Source: Phoronis australis
Lineage: Eukaryota > Animalia > Phoronida
Length of the DNA: 64,000 nucleotides
Assembly (NCBI GenBank): GCA_002633005.1
Contig: NMRA01000185.1
Span: 217,921-281,920 of the forward strand
Direction of reading: 5' to 3'
A program made the position numbers and the translations under genes. The notes under the pieces were generated by a model. The model did no database searches. It saw only the letters and a list, made by a program, of their open reading frames with translations, and was not told where the DNA came from. Below are positions 25,535-38,649 of the stretch, in pieces (the first letter of the stretch is position 1; each line of letters begins with the position of its first letter).

Positions 25535-26807
25535 CAAGAGCAACGCAGAGCGTTGAAATGCGACCACGCATGCATCGCAAATGGTGTGCTTTTAGGGTTA
25601 TTTATTTGTATCACAAAAATAGCCACTAGATGGCGCAAAAACGTAGAATCCATCCAGAAACGGGAACATGCCATATTTCATAAAAATCTGTTAAAAGGAA
25701 CTTCAGAGAAACAAAGGAAAACAGAACAAAATGAAATTGCGTCCGTTGGATCTGCCAGAAAGTAGTCATCATTTGCTGTTATCTTCATATAAATACGCTC
25801 ACTAAATTTAATAAAGATCCTGCAGTGGGTTTTGGAGATGCAGCTATGGGCGCAAAACAAAACAAAACTACCTATAAGAGGCGCCACAGTAGTCAGTCAC
25901 CATCATTAAACGTCCTCTTCACACTGAAAACATATACGCCAATTTTCAAAACCATCCCTAGAATCATTGAGGGGTGGACGCCAAAAAGAAGATTTGAAAA
26001 CAGCAAAAATGGCCACCAGGTAGCGCAAAATACCTCGATTCCATCCAAAAACAGGATGATAGCGTCCTCTCACCAATAGATGCCCATATTCAAAATTTTA
26101 TGAAAAATCTGTTGAGGACCTTTGAAGATAGACTGGTAAATGTAAAAAACTAAAATTGCCACTTAGGAGGCACACCACTAGTCAGATCCGTCCAAAAGTC
26201 GTCGTCATCCATTGTCAACATCATATAAATACACCTGTTAACTCAAGGAAAGATCCTGCAAACGGTTTAATAGATACAGCCATGAGCGCAAACAAAAACA
26301 AAACTGCCACTAGGAGGCACCACAGTAGTCGAACTCATCGGAAAATCGTCGTCAGCCGTCCACTTCATAGTAAAAACATACGATAATGCAAATTATCACA
26401 ATTATCTTGAAAGCGATTTGGTTGATAGACAAGTGGACGCCAAATAACAGACTCGAAAACAGTAGAAATGGCCACTAGGTGGCAAACTACGTCAAATCCA
26501 TCTGAAAACAGGAGGATAGTGTCATCTCACTAATAGGTGCCTATACACTAAATTTTATGAAAATCCATTCAGGACTTTTGAAGATATAGAGGTAAACGTA
26601 AAAAACTAAAATTGCCACTGGGGGCACACCGGTAGTCAGATCCATCCGAAAGTTCGATCATGCCGTCCCATCCACGGAAGGAACACATGTGCAAAATTTC
26701 TACGCGTTTTGGAGATAGAGCAGCGGACGCCGGACGGACGCTGGACGGACAGACAGACGGAGATGACGGCGTAATGCGTCCACATATAAATATGTGGGTG
26801 CATAAAA
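25533..26807 (+). mobile_element. Helentron-associated (HINE/DINE-like) non-autonomous element with internal ~145-165 bp tandem subunits
   Basis: Starts AACAAGAG; internal subrepeats; GACG/GACA microsatellite at ~26725-26770; subterminal hairpin CCACATAT-AA-ATATGTGG; ends GCATAAAAA. Confidence 0.75.
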
Positions 26808-27470
26808 AATCCCTCTGGTCTCTACCCAATCTCATTTTGACATCTGCACTCACCGACTAAAAAAAAACCCCTTCCACAACCATTTCAGCCAAGGTCTAGG
26901 ATTTCTTTGAAATGGTTGATTGTCGCTGAGATGACTAGAAATGAAGGGAGACGCAGGTTTCATGAGTCAGGTTTCAAGACCAGGGAAGTGTTTTGTAGGC
27001 ACAAGATTCTCGCGAACGAAACTAGAGAGATCACGTGCTCCGTTTACAATAGATGCTGAAATCTCACACTCTTGCGTGTTTTCGTAAGATTCTAGCCTCT
27101 ACAGAACGCTCAACAGATCTTGCATATTTTCTTTGGTCTATGATGACCATTAACAGATGAACAAAAGTCAGTGCGATAAATCCTATCCAAGTGTTCTACT
27201 TGACCCAAACTGAATTTTACTATGCTTTTGAAAATTTTTCAGAGCCCAGGAGACAGCCAGTGTGATGGGGTACATTCCTCTAGTATAATTTTGGGTCGTA
27301 TTGTCACCATTTTGATTGCTACGTGGATTAAGAATAAGGCAGCATTAAAACTCGTGCTTTCTGTCAAAAAATAATTTCCAATTTCAGTAACAACTGAGAG
27401 CAATAAGTGCAATGGAATGGGACTTAATTAGTTGGAAACACAACATATAGCAACAATGTGAATATGAAAT

Positions 27471-27567
27471 ACCATACTCGTCCAGGTTACCGCCCATGCT
27501 CGGCTTACCGCCCACCCATTAAATTCCCAATTTAAGCACCCTGGGCGGTAACTCGAACGAGTACGGT
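27471..27567. mobile_element. Very short MITE (ACCRTACTCG termini)
   Basis: ACCATACTCGTCCAGGTTACCGCCCA ... TGGGCGGTAACTCGAACGAGTACGGT; related left end at ~62886. Confidence 0.7.
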
Positions 27568-27629
27568 GGGTTAAAAATTTACTAAAGGTTTTTAAGAACG
27601 CGTTTTAAGGCGAAGATGATCCGCTGCAA

Positions 27630-27820
27630 TTCACTCAACTGTGTAGGTATCCTGAAGTGGTGCTGGGGAATAACACTGCATGATGCGGGCTATGTGAACC
27701 AGTGAGGTACGTCATTAGTGCAAAGGTCACCTATTTGCAGAATTTTTTGTTTTCAGATCTACATGTTGTCAATGAATACAACTGTACCTTTTACATTGTG
27801 TTAAAATAGCATTGTCAGCA
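27630..27820 (+). repeat. Interspersed repeat, second copy at ~46340-46540
   Basis: GGGGAATAACACTGCATGATGCG...CATTAGTGCAAAGGTCAC...GTTGTCAATGAATACAACTG shared. Confidence 0.85.
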
Positions 27821-29510
27821 TAGCTGTAACATCCAAATACAACTTTAGCAGGGCTTGGAATGACCAGTGACAAAAAGAGGAAAATTTTACAGGTGATGTA
27901 TATTTCCAAAAATAATACGGCTTGTGGAATAGAAATAATTTTTGTGCTGTAAAATTTAACAGAAATAAATGTTATTGCATGAATTAAGTCAAAATATTGA
28001 TAAAAAGACGAGAAAAGAGTACACTAGAAATCAAATAAGAGGAAAAAATCAAAACCAAAAAAGAGGAAATCCCATGAAAAGAGGAAAATTCCAAACCTCG
28101 AGTATTATTTATACCGTACTATATGTATATCTCATGAAACAAGTTTTGATAAATTTTCCCATAAATTCCAGTTAAGTAGTCAGCCTTAAAAATGGAAAAT
28201 GGAAATTTTGGTACTTAAGTGCAACATAAGAGGTGAATTGCTGTGCTCTAACTACTGATATCATGAATGAGAGTCCCTCTTTTGATGACCAGGCCTCTAG
28301 TGAGGACGGAATGTGGATAAAACCTGGTTGGGCACACCAGATGACATTAGGGCCCTCTTGGAAAGCAGTGCTATCACTGAAGAGGCCACCCTTGTTTTAT
28401 ATATTACAATATATAAATAAGTAAATTAGAAAAATTCAAGATTTATCCAATTTGATCGTATTTTGTTAAGAAGAGGATGTTTACAGTAAAAAGTTCAGAA
28501 AATTTCCAGTTACATAATGAATTGTGACATGAAATTTCATGGGTTTTAAAAGTAACAAACCAGGCAGTCAGATTTTCTCAAGCATAGAGATCACTTCCAA
28601 ACTGAGAGAGCGACAACACAAGGACAACTTTATAACAGTAAGTGGCTTATCAACGTTTTTTATAGGAACAAGTACAAGTTAACAGTTACTTTATGGGGCT
28701 ATAAAGACGAGTTCACCGGAGGGGAGATCACAATTTTTGTTGGTATAAATATTGGTGTGATTATACTTAAGTCAGTGTGAATATTGACACAATTTTCAAA
28801 AGCTGGCAAAACCTTGAGTTAGAGGAACATAAAATTCTGGTTTTCTAGCCCTTAGCTCTGGGGACGTGGGGTATGGTACTATGGTACAAGTTGGACACAC
28901 AGACAAAACATGAGCAGGAAAACATTGTCATAGGTTAAAATTTGTTCCCAATATGGGTCATATGTTTAAGTCCTCTTTCAATAGGTTGTAGACATGGGCA
29001 CACATTTTCAGCTCTTAATATAGACATGGGCATGAGTGATTCGCCTATTGCCTGGCCAGGGAAGAAAATGGATGTCGTTTTTGGAAGCCTCAGTGGCTCG
29101 GTAGCTGGACCTACACCACTAGGGCCACCCGTGTAAAAAAAGTTGGGCCTAACTTCCCACCGGGACGCACTGTTTGATGGTTTTGTGACCAAAATTACGC
29201 GTTTCGCCCAAGAATATTTTGTACTTAGACCACAAACTTTCAACGTTTATTCACTAGTACTGCGGAAAATACGGAGTCACAAGCGGGTAGCTGCAACTGA
29301 CAACTAAGTTATGATCTACTAGAGTCACAAACTTGAGCTCAACGAAACAGAAAGTTATAGCAAACCAATGAAAACTTTGCTGGACGAATCCGTGATTTCG
29401 TACGATTACAAAGGGTGAAAAAACAAACGTTGACATATTCCACTGACCTCAGTAACGGTACACCGCTAACTGCAGTTAACAATATTCATACAAGGCAAAC
29501 GGCCACTTAC

Positions 29511-29650
29511 CCAGCGGAGCATTCAAATGTGCCTCATACAGACGCGGGAACTCTTTTAACACGGTATATATTGGGTTTGGTACTAAAAAGCTGCGAGGTT
29601 AAAGGTGACACGATGACGTCACAAACGCAGACGATTGCCCCCGCCTATTG
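29511..29650 (-). promoter_or_regulatory. Putative SLC6 promoter and short non-coding first exon
   Basis: Consensus donor G|gtaagtg at 29510; TATATA 29565-29570; palindromic CRE TGACGTCA 29614-29621; GC box 29637-29645; CpG-rich; the ATG exon has a free acceptor needing an upstream exon. Confidence 0.55.
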
Positions 29651-31995
29651 CCGTCAGAAAGTCTCAGTTGTCAGGGCAGCTCCAAGAAATAGCTGCCGGA
29701 GAATCCCCGCCTCAGTCTTACAACTGTGGAATCTCGGTTCTGAATGGGAGTGCATTTATCGACCTCGCTTATGTCATAGAGGGTGTCCGCTTTCATTTGC
29801 GTTGATCGATAGTTTCTACTTGAGGTCTTGAGGACGATTCTATTATCGTTTACCGGGGGTAGGTTGGCGATGAGGACCGGAATTTCACATAATTAATTAT
29901 TACATCAACTGTCTCTTTTCACTAGCATTGTTCGTCAACCAATCTTTGTTTCACAGTATCCTGTCTGCAAACTGGAGTTCAATAGAGCTAGTACAGGCCG
30001 ATCTGTTTTAAAAGACAAGGCATGATTGACCTTATCGGGCCGGGGTAAACTTAATTAGAGAACTAAACAGATTGTGAGAAGGTTATTTGAACGAGAAAGA
30101 ACTTAAGAAAACTGCGACAACGTTTTTGAGATTTCATGTAGAATGGTCACATGAAAAGAAGTTTATTCTGACAGTTATTTCCGAGCTGAAAACACAGGCA
30201 CAACGAGAATGACAGACTCGTGCTCGAGAAAATGAGGAACTTTTGCAAATGTTTTCCGTAATACTATACGTGTAACCAAACATCTACATAAGTATAACAT
30301 AACTTAACTCAGTAGTAAATAAAAGAATACACTTACTGCCGGAAACTTGAAAGGGTATTATATACTTTTGAATTTCATTCCAGTCATTCATGCCGGTTAA
30401 TATGCGTCCGACGAAAAACGCGTTTTGGGTATTTTAATTAACGGGACAGATTCTTCGAAATACGCTGTTTTTCGGATTTTTTAATGTCAATTGTCGTCGG
30501 TGGCCTATGATTTTACCAGACTGAGGTCAATAAGTTAATTTTTCAGACAAAACAGCCCAAACATGTGACAATGACCTCGGCTCTGCCTCAGTAGATCAAC
30601 GGTATCACTTTGGGCATTCGATCGCACGTCCGACTCCGTTGTTCACGGTCAGTCAGCTACCAAATTTTTACCCAAAAACGTTGTGCGTCGATTTTCAAGA
30701 TTGCAGCACATACTCGGATATTGGCCAAGGGAACACTGGGTTATATTTTTGAAAGATATCATGTTTTTATATTTTTTGAAAAATATGTTTTGGGGTCAAC
30801 GGTTGTTTTTGATGCACAACAACTGAGAAACGTCATTTTGGTTATTTCACTATTACCACAACGTGCATGTCAGCACTGATGCCCTTCAGTGGTCCGAACA
30901 AATGATGTGTGTTGAAAATCAGTGAAATTTTAAGTCTTAGAAAACACACCCTTCAATTGTCTTATTTACAATACCGTCATTTTGACGATTTGGATCCGTT
31001 CAAATGAAATCAAAATGCCAAGTTAAAAAAGTATTAATAGGTAGGCCGGATTTGAGTAGCGCTGTAAGGACTTCGTAAGTTACCTGGCTATGAATCACGG
31101 CCGCCAAAACTGACTTAGCTAAGACAAATCTTAAATTTCCATGATAAAACTTTAATTTGTCTGAAGTCCGTTCCAAGAGAGAAATCTTAAGTTTGACTTA
31201 CAAGTTTTTGCCTTCATGCTTTTTCTTAATTTCGAATAACTTACCAGATGAGGAAGATTCAAAATTTGGAGCTTGAGACAAATCTTAGACTTAAGTAAAA
31301 AATTAACTTAAGCCATTTTTTGGAACGAGCCCCAGGTCTTCACCCCTAGGCTGGTCAACCCCAATCCTTTTCAGCTCTCCAGAAGCATAGAATGGGCGCA
31401 ACGGGCCGATGTCGAAGCACCGATTAATCCACACACACAATTTTATAAGAATTTCCCGCGTCTACAGATTGTTTGAAGCTATTTGGTCGCGACATTTTTC
31501 GGCAATTCGACCATGCACGAATACATTATTTTTATTTTTTCTGATAAAATTCGCCAGTGTACGTGTTGTAGTTCTCGGCTATAGGCATGAACATGCAAAA
31601 ATAACCCAATGTCGTACGTGTCAGGTATTTAACTCATTCTGTCTGGACCAGACACACCATCTTACTGGTAAGCGGCTATAAAACATGCAGTACTGTGGTG
31701 GAAAAGTTCAAGAGTTATATTATGCATACGCCCAAAACCCAGCGTATCTTCCTATGGGTCAACTTGCCATTACATCTCGATTTACGATATGTATATATAC
31801 TGTGTACTGAAAACTAAAAACGCGCTGTACGGCGTCTACGGGTGTCTACGCTCCGCTACACCACTGAAACCATGCCCAGCTTTCTAGTACCCAAATTACG
31901 CTTCCAAAACGACAGTATTGCCTTCTCGTCATACGCCTGTGCGACCCCAGCGAACTGAGTAGGCAACAAGATGAAGCCATTTAATAATGGTCAGC

Positions 31996-32107
31996 AGGGC
32001 CGGGCGGATCCAGGATTTTGAGCTGGGGGGGCAGGGTAGACCATTAGCTAGGATTTTGTACCCCCAAACTGCCAAATGGAATCAGGGGCCATGGCCCCCT
32101 TGCCGCN
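31996..32107. mobile_element. Short GGCGGATCC-type MITE fragment, relative of 37479-37596
   Basis: GGGCGGATCCAGGATTTTGAG, AACTGCCAAATGGAAT, CATGGCCCCCTTGCC shared; ends at an ambiguous base. Confidence 0.7.
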
Positions 32108-32180
32108 GGTCAGTGGTCTAAATCAGAGGGTAGTTTTTGACAGAAAGCATGGGTTTAGTGCCGCTTTGTAAACGCTTACT

Positions 32181-33382
32181 GTTGGCCGCTGGGGGAAGGG
32201 TAATCCGGAAATAACGCTCGTAAATTACGGGCGTACAAACACTTTTCACGTCTGTGTTTTACGAGCGTAATCGTTTTGTCCAATGAGAGATTAGGTTGCA
32301 GGTCATTGTAAGCTCTAAAAAGTTGTATGCCCCTAAAATTACGCTCGTAAATTACGCTTTACGCCTATCACGTAAAACGACGAGCGTAAACACGGTTATT
32401 CGATGCAAAACCTTATCGACAATTCTGCGCTTTTAGCGGAATATCCACAAAGAACTTAAATCGGTGAAAGTAAACATTTTCTGAATGTAGAATTTCTGCA
32501 GAACTTCATTTCCGACTTAATACCAAACTACATGGGTCTTGCGACCACGTGTTTTAAACTTTTAATAAAACAAAAAAGAAAGGTAGCCTACGTTCACTTC
32601 CAAACAACGTCATCAGTAACGTAACCAAATTTCGTCTGATGCAAATGTTCAAGATAAAATCTCAAAAATCCGGTTCCAGTTTTCTATAGTACCACTTCTT
32701 TGTCTTTTTATACAACTTTTTGATTTCATAAAAACCACAGAAGTCACACATTTGATAGCCTCCCATGTGAAAGAGGAGAATTATAAGAACAATTCATATC
32801 CGCGCCATATCAAGGGGAACAGTTCGGTATAAGCACAAATATATCTGAAAGTTTCCTACGAACCCAATCAGCCATTCCTACCAGTCAAATTTGGCCACTT
32901 TTCTCTACAAAACCTCACTGAGAGATACTCTCATAATATAAACATTGCGTAACGTTCAGCCCACTGTTTGTGTTTGCATTACTTTTCTATTATTTTTATT
33001 TTTTTTAAAGTGGGCGGGGTTTCCGCGGAAACCTCATCCACATGGCGGCAGTTGAGTGAGTACCCATAATGCATTAGAGCGGTCAGTTTATGTGGTGGTA
33101 CACCCCCAAAAATAAATACTAAAACTAGAAAAATCCTGTTCAGTACAGTTAAGTTTGAATATATTTAGATTTGGGTTGAATGAACACTATTTGGAGTTAA
33201 GTTATGACTCAGCTAACTTGCGCTTATTATAAAGAACTTGTAATTTACGTTAGTATTTTATGCTCGTGAAATATAAATGCTCTCTTGTAATTCATGCTCG
33301 TACAACACGGGCGTGAAAAGTTTCTTTACGCCCGAAACGTTTGAGCGTAATGTACGGGCGACACTTCCCCACAGCGACCAAC
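32181..33382. mobile_element. 1.2 kb TIR element with ~90 bp diverged inverted repeats
   Basis: GTTGGCCGCTGGGGGAAG...ACTTTTCACG...TACGAGC vs GCTCGTA...CGTGAAAAGT...CTTCCCCACAGCGACCAAC; TTACGCTCGTAA subrepeats; no clear TSD. Confidence 0.75.
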
Positions 33383-33391
33383 GATTTTAAC

Positions 33392-33800
33392 TAGGCGTCA
33401 ACCAGACACGATTAGTCGACGCGAAAATTGCGAGTTTCCTGCAGTGGACAAAACTGATTCACGACAAGCACACCCATACTAGTCATCACAAGGTGGCGCC
33501 GTACGGGCATTCGATAAAAAATACTTAGCGTTGAGTTCCCGGCGTAGACTCAAGAATCTCGCGAAGAAGCCAGCGTGATCACGTACTTCGTCAGAGTAAT
33601 CCATGGCGGTATCTCGCGAAATATTGCGTGATTGGGTTTTCATTGCTAAAACGTACTTCTTGTTCGACGAAGAATGTAAACTAGGCCTACACCTCAAGCG
33701 AAGATATCGCGCAATACTAACATCTTTCTGGGACTTGTTATGCCTTCTACGATAAAGAAGTGTTGTCCTAAAAGGACAACAGGACTACTGTTGACGCCTG
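33392..33800. mobile_element. Possible MITE with short TIR
   Basis: TAGGCGTCAAC ... GTTGACGCCTG; internal TCTCGCGA-like repeats; no TSD seen. Confidence 0.4.
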
Positions 33801-34165
33801 AAATCGGCCATGATAGACATCAAATAGTCGGTAAACCCTCCCTTAAATAGGTTTAAGAGATGAGTATTGGCTATAGCTTTGTTCGTCAACGGATCAGCCC
33901 AATTTACTCTCTAATATTGCCACTATTCTGCAATTCGATCAGTGAGAAGATAGATTGAAACACTAGTCTGGACCGCCATCAGAAAGAAATCACGTGAACG
34001 CTCGCTAAACGTCTCCTCTGCCTTTTTCACAGTCCGCCTCGAACTGAAGTTAATCGACAGATCAGTGCCTTCTTACCGTGAGCCAGAATACTACATTCGA
34101 ATAAAGTAACTTACGGTTAGACTCTTTTATACCATGATGATCGCACGTGGTTGACGAAAACATCA

Positions 34166-36927
34166 CTAGTCAAATAGAGGAATTTTAGCAAAAAATGAAA
34201 CGAAATTTTCGAGAGATGACGCTTCTACTGATATTAACTCACCTCTGAGGTAAACGATTGTTTTAGAGCGTGAGAATTCGTTTCGCAATGACTTTTTGAT
34301 AGTTTCGCCCGTAAGCTGACTACGAGTTCCTTTATCACTGCTGTGTATTGTTAAGCAACTTCTAAAACTCATCGGCGTTATCCCGAACTCGGTGTCGCTG
34401 ACTGACCGGCAAAAAACGTTCGTGAACAGAACTAGCAAAATTCAACTTGACGCAGAATAAAGGTCTAAAATTGCGATTGGAGGAATTTTTAATCTATCAA
34501 CCTGTAAAGGCCTTCAAAAGACTTGGGTCTTATCTACGTTGAAATGTCGTGCACTGGCCCTTTGCATTTTGTCAACACCGATACGAATGATAACATTGTA
34601 ATCGTCGCGGCTTCTCGAAGAGCATACCCGTGCACTTACGAACTTGGGGTAGCTCCACCTGCGAACTCACTTTTCGCACTCCTGAGCGCGAGCAGTGCCT
34701 TTATAATAGGAGTGCAAGCTCGAGTTCGTAGTGAGTCAGTGGACCAAATTTACAGCCCCCGTGAGCTCGCGTGTTCCTAAGTACGTGTGCCATGTTGTTC
34801 GTGTGTACGTAGCCCAGTAACCTTGAACGAGTGTCAGTCGCTGCTGACCTGGTTATGTGAAAAAAACACCGATAGTTAATGTCAACCACGCTGCCACCGA
34901 CTCTATGTGAGCCGCAATCTGTTATGTCGGCCCCTACTCGACTATACAGTTGGGGAGATCAAGGCTTAGTGGGGGCGAAAATAAAAAATTCTTAAGCTTT
35001 CAAATCTTTTTCAAAAACCGACAGATGAAAGATTTTGTCAGAAATTTTTTTCCGAAAACGGGGACGAACGAACCCCGGCATCCCTCACCCTTTAGCTGCA
35101 CATTCGCCATTAGCCGATGTATTCAGCAAGGGTGACTATCGTTTGTGCGATTTCGGCGTCGAATGGAAACCAACATTCCAACACAAAAACTTTTGATTTA
35201 GATTTACCGTGGTAATTAGATCATCATCAAGACGAGTACGATTATGAAATTGGCCTCAGATTCGGGCGATTTCTCAGTGGGTTGGCCGGACTGAAAACCG
35301 AGTGGCACTTATTGCTCAAGTTGATCGTGACCGGGCTCTACAAGTTGGCTTGTGAGGCAAGCATCTAAACAAAAACGTCTGGAAACCACTTGTCATTGGC
35401 CTAGGAGCAAGCCTTGCGGGGGCACCTGCAGTGGCACCGAGTCATTGGTGGTCAATTCGACTGAGTAGGGTAGCGGGATATGGCCGTTGATGACATGCGT
35501 TTGTATGAAGTTCGATACACTGGCTGGAATATGGAGTTCCGTCAAAAGCAGGCCACGCCTACCATAGTTACCGTAGCTAAGTCCCCCACTGAAGCGCAAA
35601 ACCAAATTATGACGGAAGTTTTTTGCTAGTAAGATACTCTACTTCTTTTTTATGATTGTTCACTAACTGCTTATGTGAAGAGTGACATTGTCAAAATGGG
35701 TCCTCAACGACTGTTACACTCAGCGCCATACCCCCAAACCCATTTGAACCACTCGTAGATTGCCCCAATTATTCGATAAGCCAATTAGGAGGTGTTTGGT
35801 ATATTCTTAGTGCTAGCACGTGTCCATGAAAAAGTTTGAAAAGAGCGGAGCAACAGGCGTCCTTGACGCCGACACCATGACATAAATCGGTTAGTTTCTT
35901 CTCCCTTTCAACAAATGAATGTTCAGACAAATGTCGACGTCGTATCAACTTTTTGAGTGTTCTCACGAGTCTCCGACGGATTTGATGTTCAAGTTGATTG
36001 TGGAAATAGAATCCATCAACGCCACGGAATGTTACGAGACCGATTTACCAGTGTAAAAGGCCAAATTCGATTTTCGTTTTTAACGCTAAACAAGACGAAA
36101 TGCAGCTGCAAGACTGTTTCATGAAAACTCTTCAACTTCATCAGCTCTAACTTTTGAACGGTTAACACAGCCAGTCAAAGTGAGACGCGCGTACAAAAAT
36201 TCCTACACTTAACGATGAGCAATGAAAGATAAGACTTTGTTCTACTCGCAAAGTAAAGACCTGTGTGATGCCGCAATATAACTTCAGAAACCATAACCGA
36301 TATTTTGTGCGGAATCAAGAGAAAGTTAAAAGCAAAATTCTACGTTACTGACCTCAGCAGCCTATGCCAAAATGCCACTTCCCAAATTCAAAACCTTATC
36401 TTAAAAAACTCGAGTTACGAACGAACGGAGACGAATTATGAAACTGAAACGGGTAAAAATCAAACTTTGTTTGGCCAAGACGGTTTATCGCAGATGTAAT
36501 GTATTCAGAAAATAAAATGATAAAGTTGACCCTATCCCGCCTCTTATACTTAACGTGTTAAACAATTTCACGCACACGCCCGCGCAGATTATAGTACCCC
36601 ATTGACAGTTTAACAGATTTAATTGAAATCTTGGAAAGGTGGAAAGCTTATCAGACATCAGGAAGTCATTAAAACTTACGTAAACACTAATCTCGGTTGG
36701 AAACAACAGTAAGTGGTGAATGGTGTTACGAAATGTTTGCGTCAAACGGACTTATTGTGAAGAAAATCGAAGAAAACGTTAGAGTTGTTATCCAACTGGA
36801 CGTGCGTCGAACGACATGATTACTTCACGGTATCGTTGACTTACGAATACAGATGTACGTCATGGGCATATCGATATCGGACACAAGCATTGTGCCAGAA
36901 CCTGCCGCCAAATGATTTGCCCGGCAT
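34166..36927 (-). pseudogene. Decayed THAP + HTH + DDE transposase (ISL2EU / PIF-Harbinger-related)
   Basis: Motif remnants in expected order on - strand: WITTL (~36790), SV*RKHF (~36740), FYTG (36047-36058), RRGLLLTEL..ASVSN (~35500-35560), KSH..SANG (~35105-35160), VSDTE..SDKG..QLT..RSK...LRGEL (34166-34438); many stops and frameshifts. Confidence 0.6.
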
Positions 36928-37478
36928 TTATGCATTTCGCACCTGGCACTAAACGATCCTTCTCAAAATTACGAACGAGGGTTGTACGCAATGCACATAT
37001 TTTATATTCCAGTCTATCCATGAACATCAAATACAATGAAATAACGAACCAAAACTGCCAAACAAATAAATAACTATTTTAACAGTAGGCACAGATAATG
37101 GGACAAAATAATAGACTAGACGTTGAAATACAGGCATTCATCCACAATGAACCCAGTTTGATGGATTTACCTTCCTAGAAATAGCTAGATTCGCACCATC
37201 GATCCCATAATTCCTTGCCTACTGCGGATGCCCGAAACAGCCCCAGTGAGTGGCAAAGCTGGCTTTCCCGCGAGAGCTTGCTTCCTGGCGGTTCTTTCAA
37301 AGAAAGTGATTGGGACCGTTAAAAGGATACCAAACTCTTGTTTTGGCAGCACTGAAATAAGAGTGGGCTATAGCCCAACCCCCTATGGGGCGCCGCCCAT
37401 GTTTGGGGATTTCAACCAATCGTTCTTTCATCTTCTAATGTATCATTGGCGTCCCACTTGAGCCACTAAAGCAGGATT

Positions 37479-37596
37479 CAGGGGCGGATCCAGGATTTTG
37501 AGTTGGGGGGGGGGCAGGGCNAGGAACTGCCAAATGGAATATGTGAGAATTTTAGGGGGGGCATGGCCCCCTTGCCCCCCTCTAAATCCGCCACTG
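37479..37596. mobile_element. Short MITE
   Basis: CAGGGGCGGATCCAG ... CTAAATCCGCCACTG; GGATT on both flanks. Confidence 0.8.
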
Positions 37597-38649
37597 GGAT
37601 TGAACTAAGAACTCAAACTCTTTATGTTACAGGTTGGATATTGTGATTCATGGTGGGCGGTCTTTCACCACAGTTACCACTTGACTTGCCTAAAGCGTAG
37701 GTCACGCTAGCCCGTTTTGAAGACTGAACTTTTGCTCCAAACTTATGAGGGTTGTTATGGTTACATATCACAGCAATATTTTCTTTCAGAGAACTGCATG
37801 GAAAAGTCGTTTTTAGTATCTCTTACTGGTTTATGGCAGTCCAACTTGTGAGTTACTGCCAGGGCATAACGATAAGTGGTCAGTTTAAAGTATTTTAACA
37901 GTTAAAAATGAAAAAAAAAACAATATGACATCTCACTAACAGTTAGCATATATAAGCCAAACATACAAAACGATCTTGGATATCTCAGAAGACATAAGCT
38001 ATTCAGACGACCTAACCTCAATTCAGAACCAGCACAACAAAACCCATTGTTAAATTTAAAAAAAACAACTAAATTAGACCATGCCCACTGTTAAAGCATA
38101 CTGTGTAATATTTCTTATTACACAAAAGGCAAGACTACTCCTTACTCCCCTAGATACAGATGTAGACATGCTGATAAGCACAGACAGGAGCACTCCCTGT
38201 CTCACACACACACACACACTTTCTCTGCCAATCATTACCAACTAAACAAGTTGAAGCAAAATCATGCACTATGTGTGTACTTTTCTGTGATTTCCCCACC
38301 TACTTTGTCTGGGAGCTGGGTTGAAACGAGAAACATAAACCAACTCTAAGACCTCAATACTAGCATGTGCAAGCAGGTGTGAGACTCATATTAAACATTG
38401 CGAAGCGAGAGAACAATCTCCCTAACAAACTCGCCCCCCTCTTCCACCTCTGTTTGCCACCAGTCCTATTTCTTCTCTTAAAAGCTTCACCTCTGTGAAC
38501 GAGCAATGTTTCACATGAAAAATCATCTTAAACACAATAAACATGGTTCCCAAACATACTGTGTCATTAATTTCTCAACAGTTTTCTTACAGTTTCCAGA
38601 ACACAATGTTCACTTCCTGCGAGTGACTTTTTCCCACAAAAGTAAACGT

